55,670 nucleotides of DNA from a virus (lineage: Duplodnaviria; Caudoviricetes): positions 1-55,670 of IMG/VR virus record IMGVR_UViG_3300030118_005064; one strand, 5' to 3'. The notes below the pieces were generated by a model. The model was not told where the DNA came from, searched no databases, and saw nothing but the letters and a program-made list of their open reading frames with translations. The translations under genes and the position numbers were made by a program. This document shows, one piece after another, positions 54,974-55,670 of this stretch; positions within the stretch are counted from its first letter, which is position 1, and every line of letters starts with the position of its first letter.

Positions 54974-55670
54974 ATTTTCCAACCTCTCTCTTGTTTCAAT
55001 CGCTTGACCAGTTCACTGACCAAGCCTTTGCGCTGTTCTACATTCCCGCCATCCAGTACCGCTTTGACAACGGACCGCTTGTCCTCAACCACACGGTCAA
55101 AGTGTTCGTCAATCGTACCGGCACAGGAGAGGTACACAGCATGTACATGCTGGCTCTCCTGACCGATGCGATACACACGGTCCTCTGCCTGTTCCTCGTC
55201 AGTGGGTGTCCACTCACGCTCAATGAAAAGAACGGTGTCGGCCTTGGTCAGCGTGATGCCTTCCTTCGCCGCCACGGTGTTGCAGATGAGCACAGGGATG
55301 TGCCCTGCTTGAAAGTCGTCAACGATTTGCTGACGAGTCTTGGATGGCGTGTCGCCGTTGATGGTCCGTGCATCCTTGAACTTCTCAGCGAGCCGCTTGA
55401 GAACATCCCGGTGATGTGTGAAGACCACGATGGGCTTCCCGGTCTGCTCACGATACTGCGTAATCCAGTCGGCGGCGTAGTCCACTTTGATTTGCCCACA
55501 GATGTGGCGCAGGTCGGAAATCATGTTGAGCATGGTGCCCGGTGGCATCGGCTCGCCGTTCTGATAGTAGTCGTCAATCTTCCTGTCCCACTCCTCCTGT
55601 GCGTAGTCGTAGGGACTGCGGGCTTTCTTGCTGAGTTGGATAGGGAAGAAAGTGCGAGTCTTCGGTGGCA
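54970..55670 (-). CDS. SNF2/SWI2-family (HARP-like) helicase, C-terminal part (5' end outside window)
   Basis: LPPKTR, IVVFTHH, INGDT, EGITLT, WTP...QAEDRVYRIGQ. Confidence 0.9.
   Translation of the reverse strand, partial: PPKTRTFFPIQLSKKARSPYDYAQEEWDRKIDDYYQNGEPMPPGTMLNMISDLRHICGQIKVDYAADWITQYREQTGKPIVVFTHHRDVLKRLAEKFKDARTINGDTPSKTRQQIVDDFQAGHIPVLICNTVAAKEGITLTKADTVLFIEREWTPTDEEQAEDRVYRIGQESQHVHAVYLSCAGTIDEHFDRVVEDKRSVVKAVLDGGNVEQRKGLVSELVKRLKQERGWKI

Larger units (their letters stand above)
1..55670. mobile_element. Fragment of a tailed archaeal virus genome (magrovirus-like Caudoviricetes; host probably Marine Group II Euryarchaeota)
   Basis: Tail morphogenesis module plus archaeal-type replisome (PolB, AEP primase with PriL-like Fe-S domain, RFC, MCM-like, XPF) and group II chaperonin; dense overlapping genes; no cellular housekeeping genes seen. 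Confidence 0.85.

Overview
This window is best read as about 56 kb of a tailed dsDNA virus (Caudoviricetes) of marine archaea, most likely a magrovirus-type virus of Marine Group II / Poseidoniales. The basis is the combination of a group II chaperonin, an archaeal-type replication set and GGAGGTG-type Shine-Dalgarno sites; the host is inferred. The + strand arm (1-31113) is morphogenetic: head-tail adaptor, tail terminator, tail tube, a frameshifted tail-assembly chaperone, a very short tape-measure-like gene, two paralogous tail-tip proteins, a 5,530-aa giant protein and a hub-like protein. The convergent - strand arm (31114-55670) carries a thermosome, DEDD exonuclease, MCM-like helicase, ERCC4 nuclease, fused primase, Cas4-like nuclease, PolB, clamp-like protein, RecA-fold ATPase, RPA-like protein, RFC, a degenerate ligase, a methylase, an endonuclease V-like glycosylase, many small Zn-finger genes and a partial SNF2 helicase. 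The most striking observation is three otherwise unrelated + strand genes that share an N-terminal tag, [PA][LM][DE]xAWx[VIL]LK. Two of them fuse it to an ADP-ribosyltransferase-like and a protein-kinase-like domain, making them a candidate tagged-effector packaging or delivery system. Also notable are a nested or pseudoknotted intergenic structure covering the clamp gene RBS, a perfect 32-bp duplicated promoter, a ligase lacking its catalytic lysine, and apparent avoidance of five 4-bp palindromes. All assignments come from motif recognition by eye; no searches were run.
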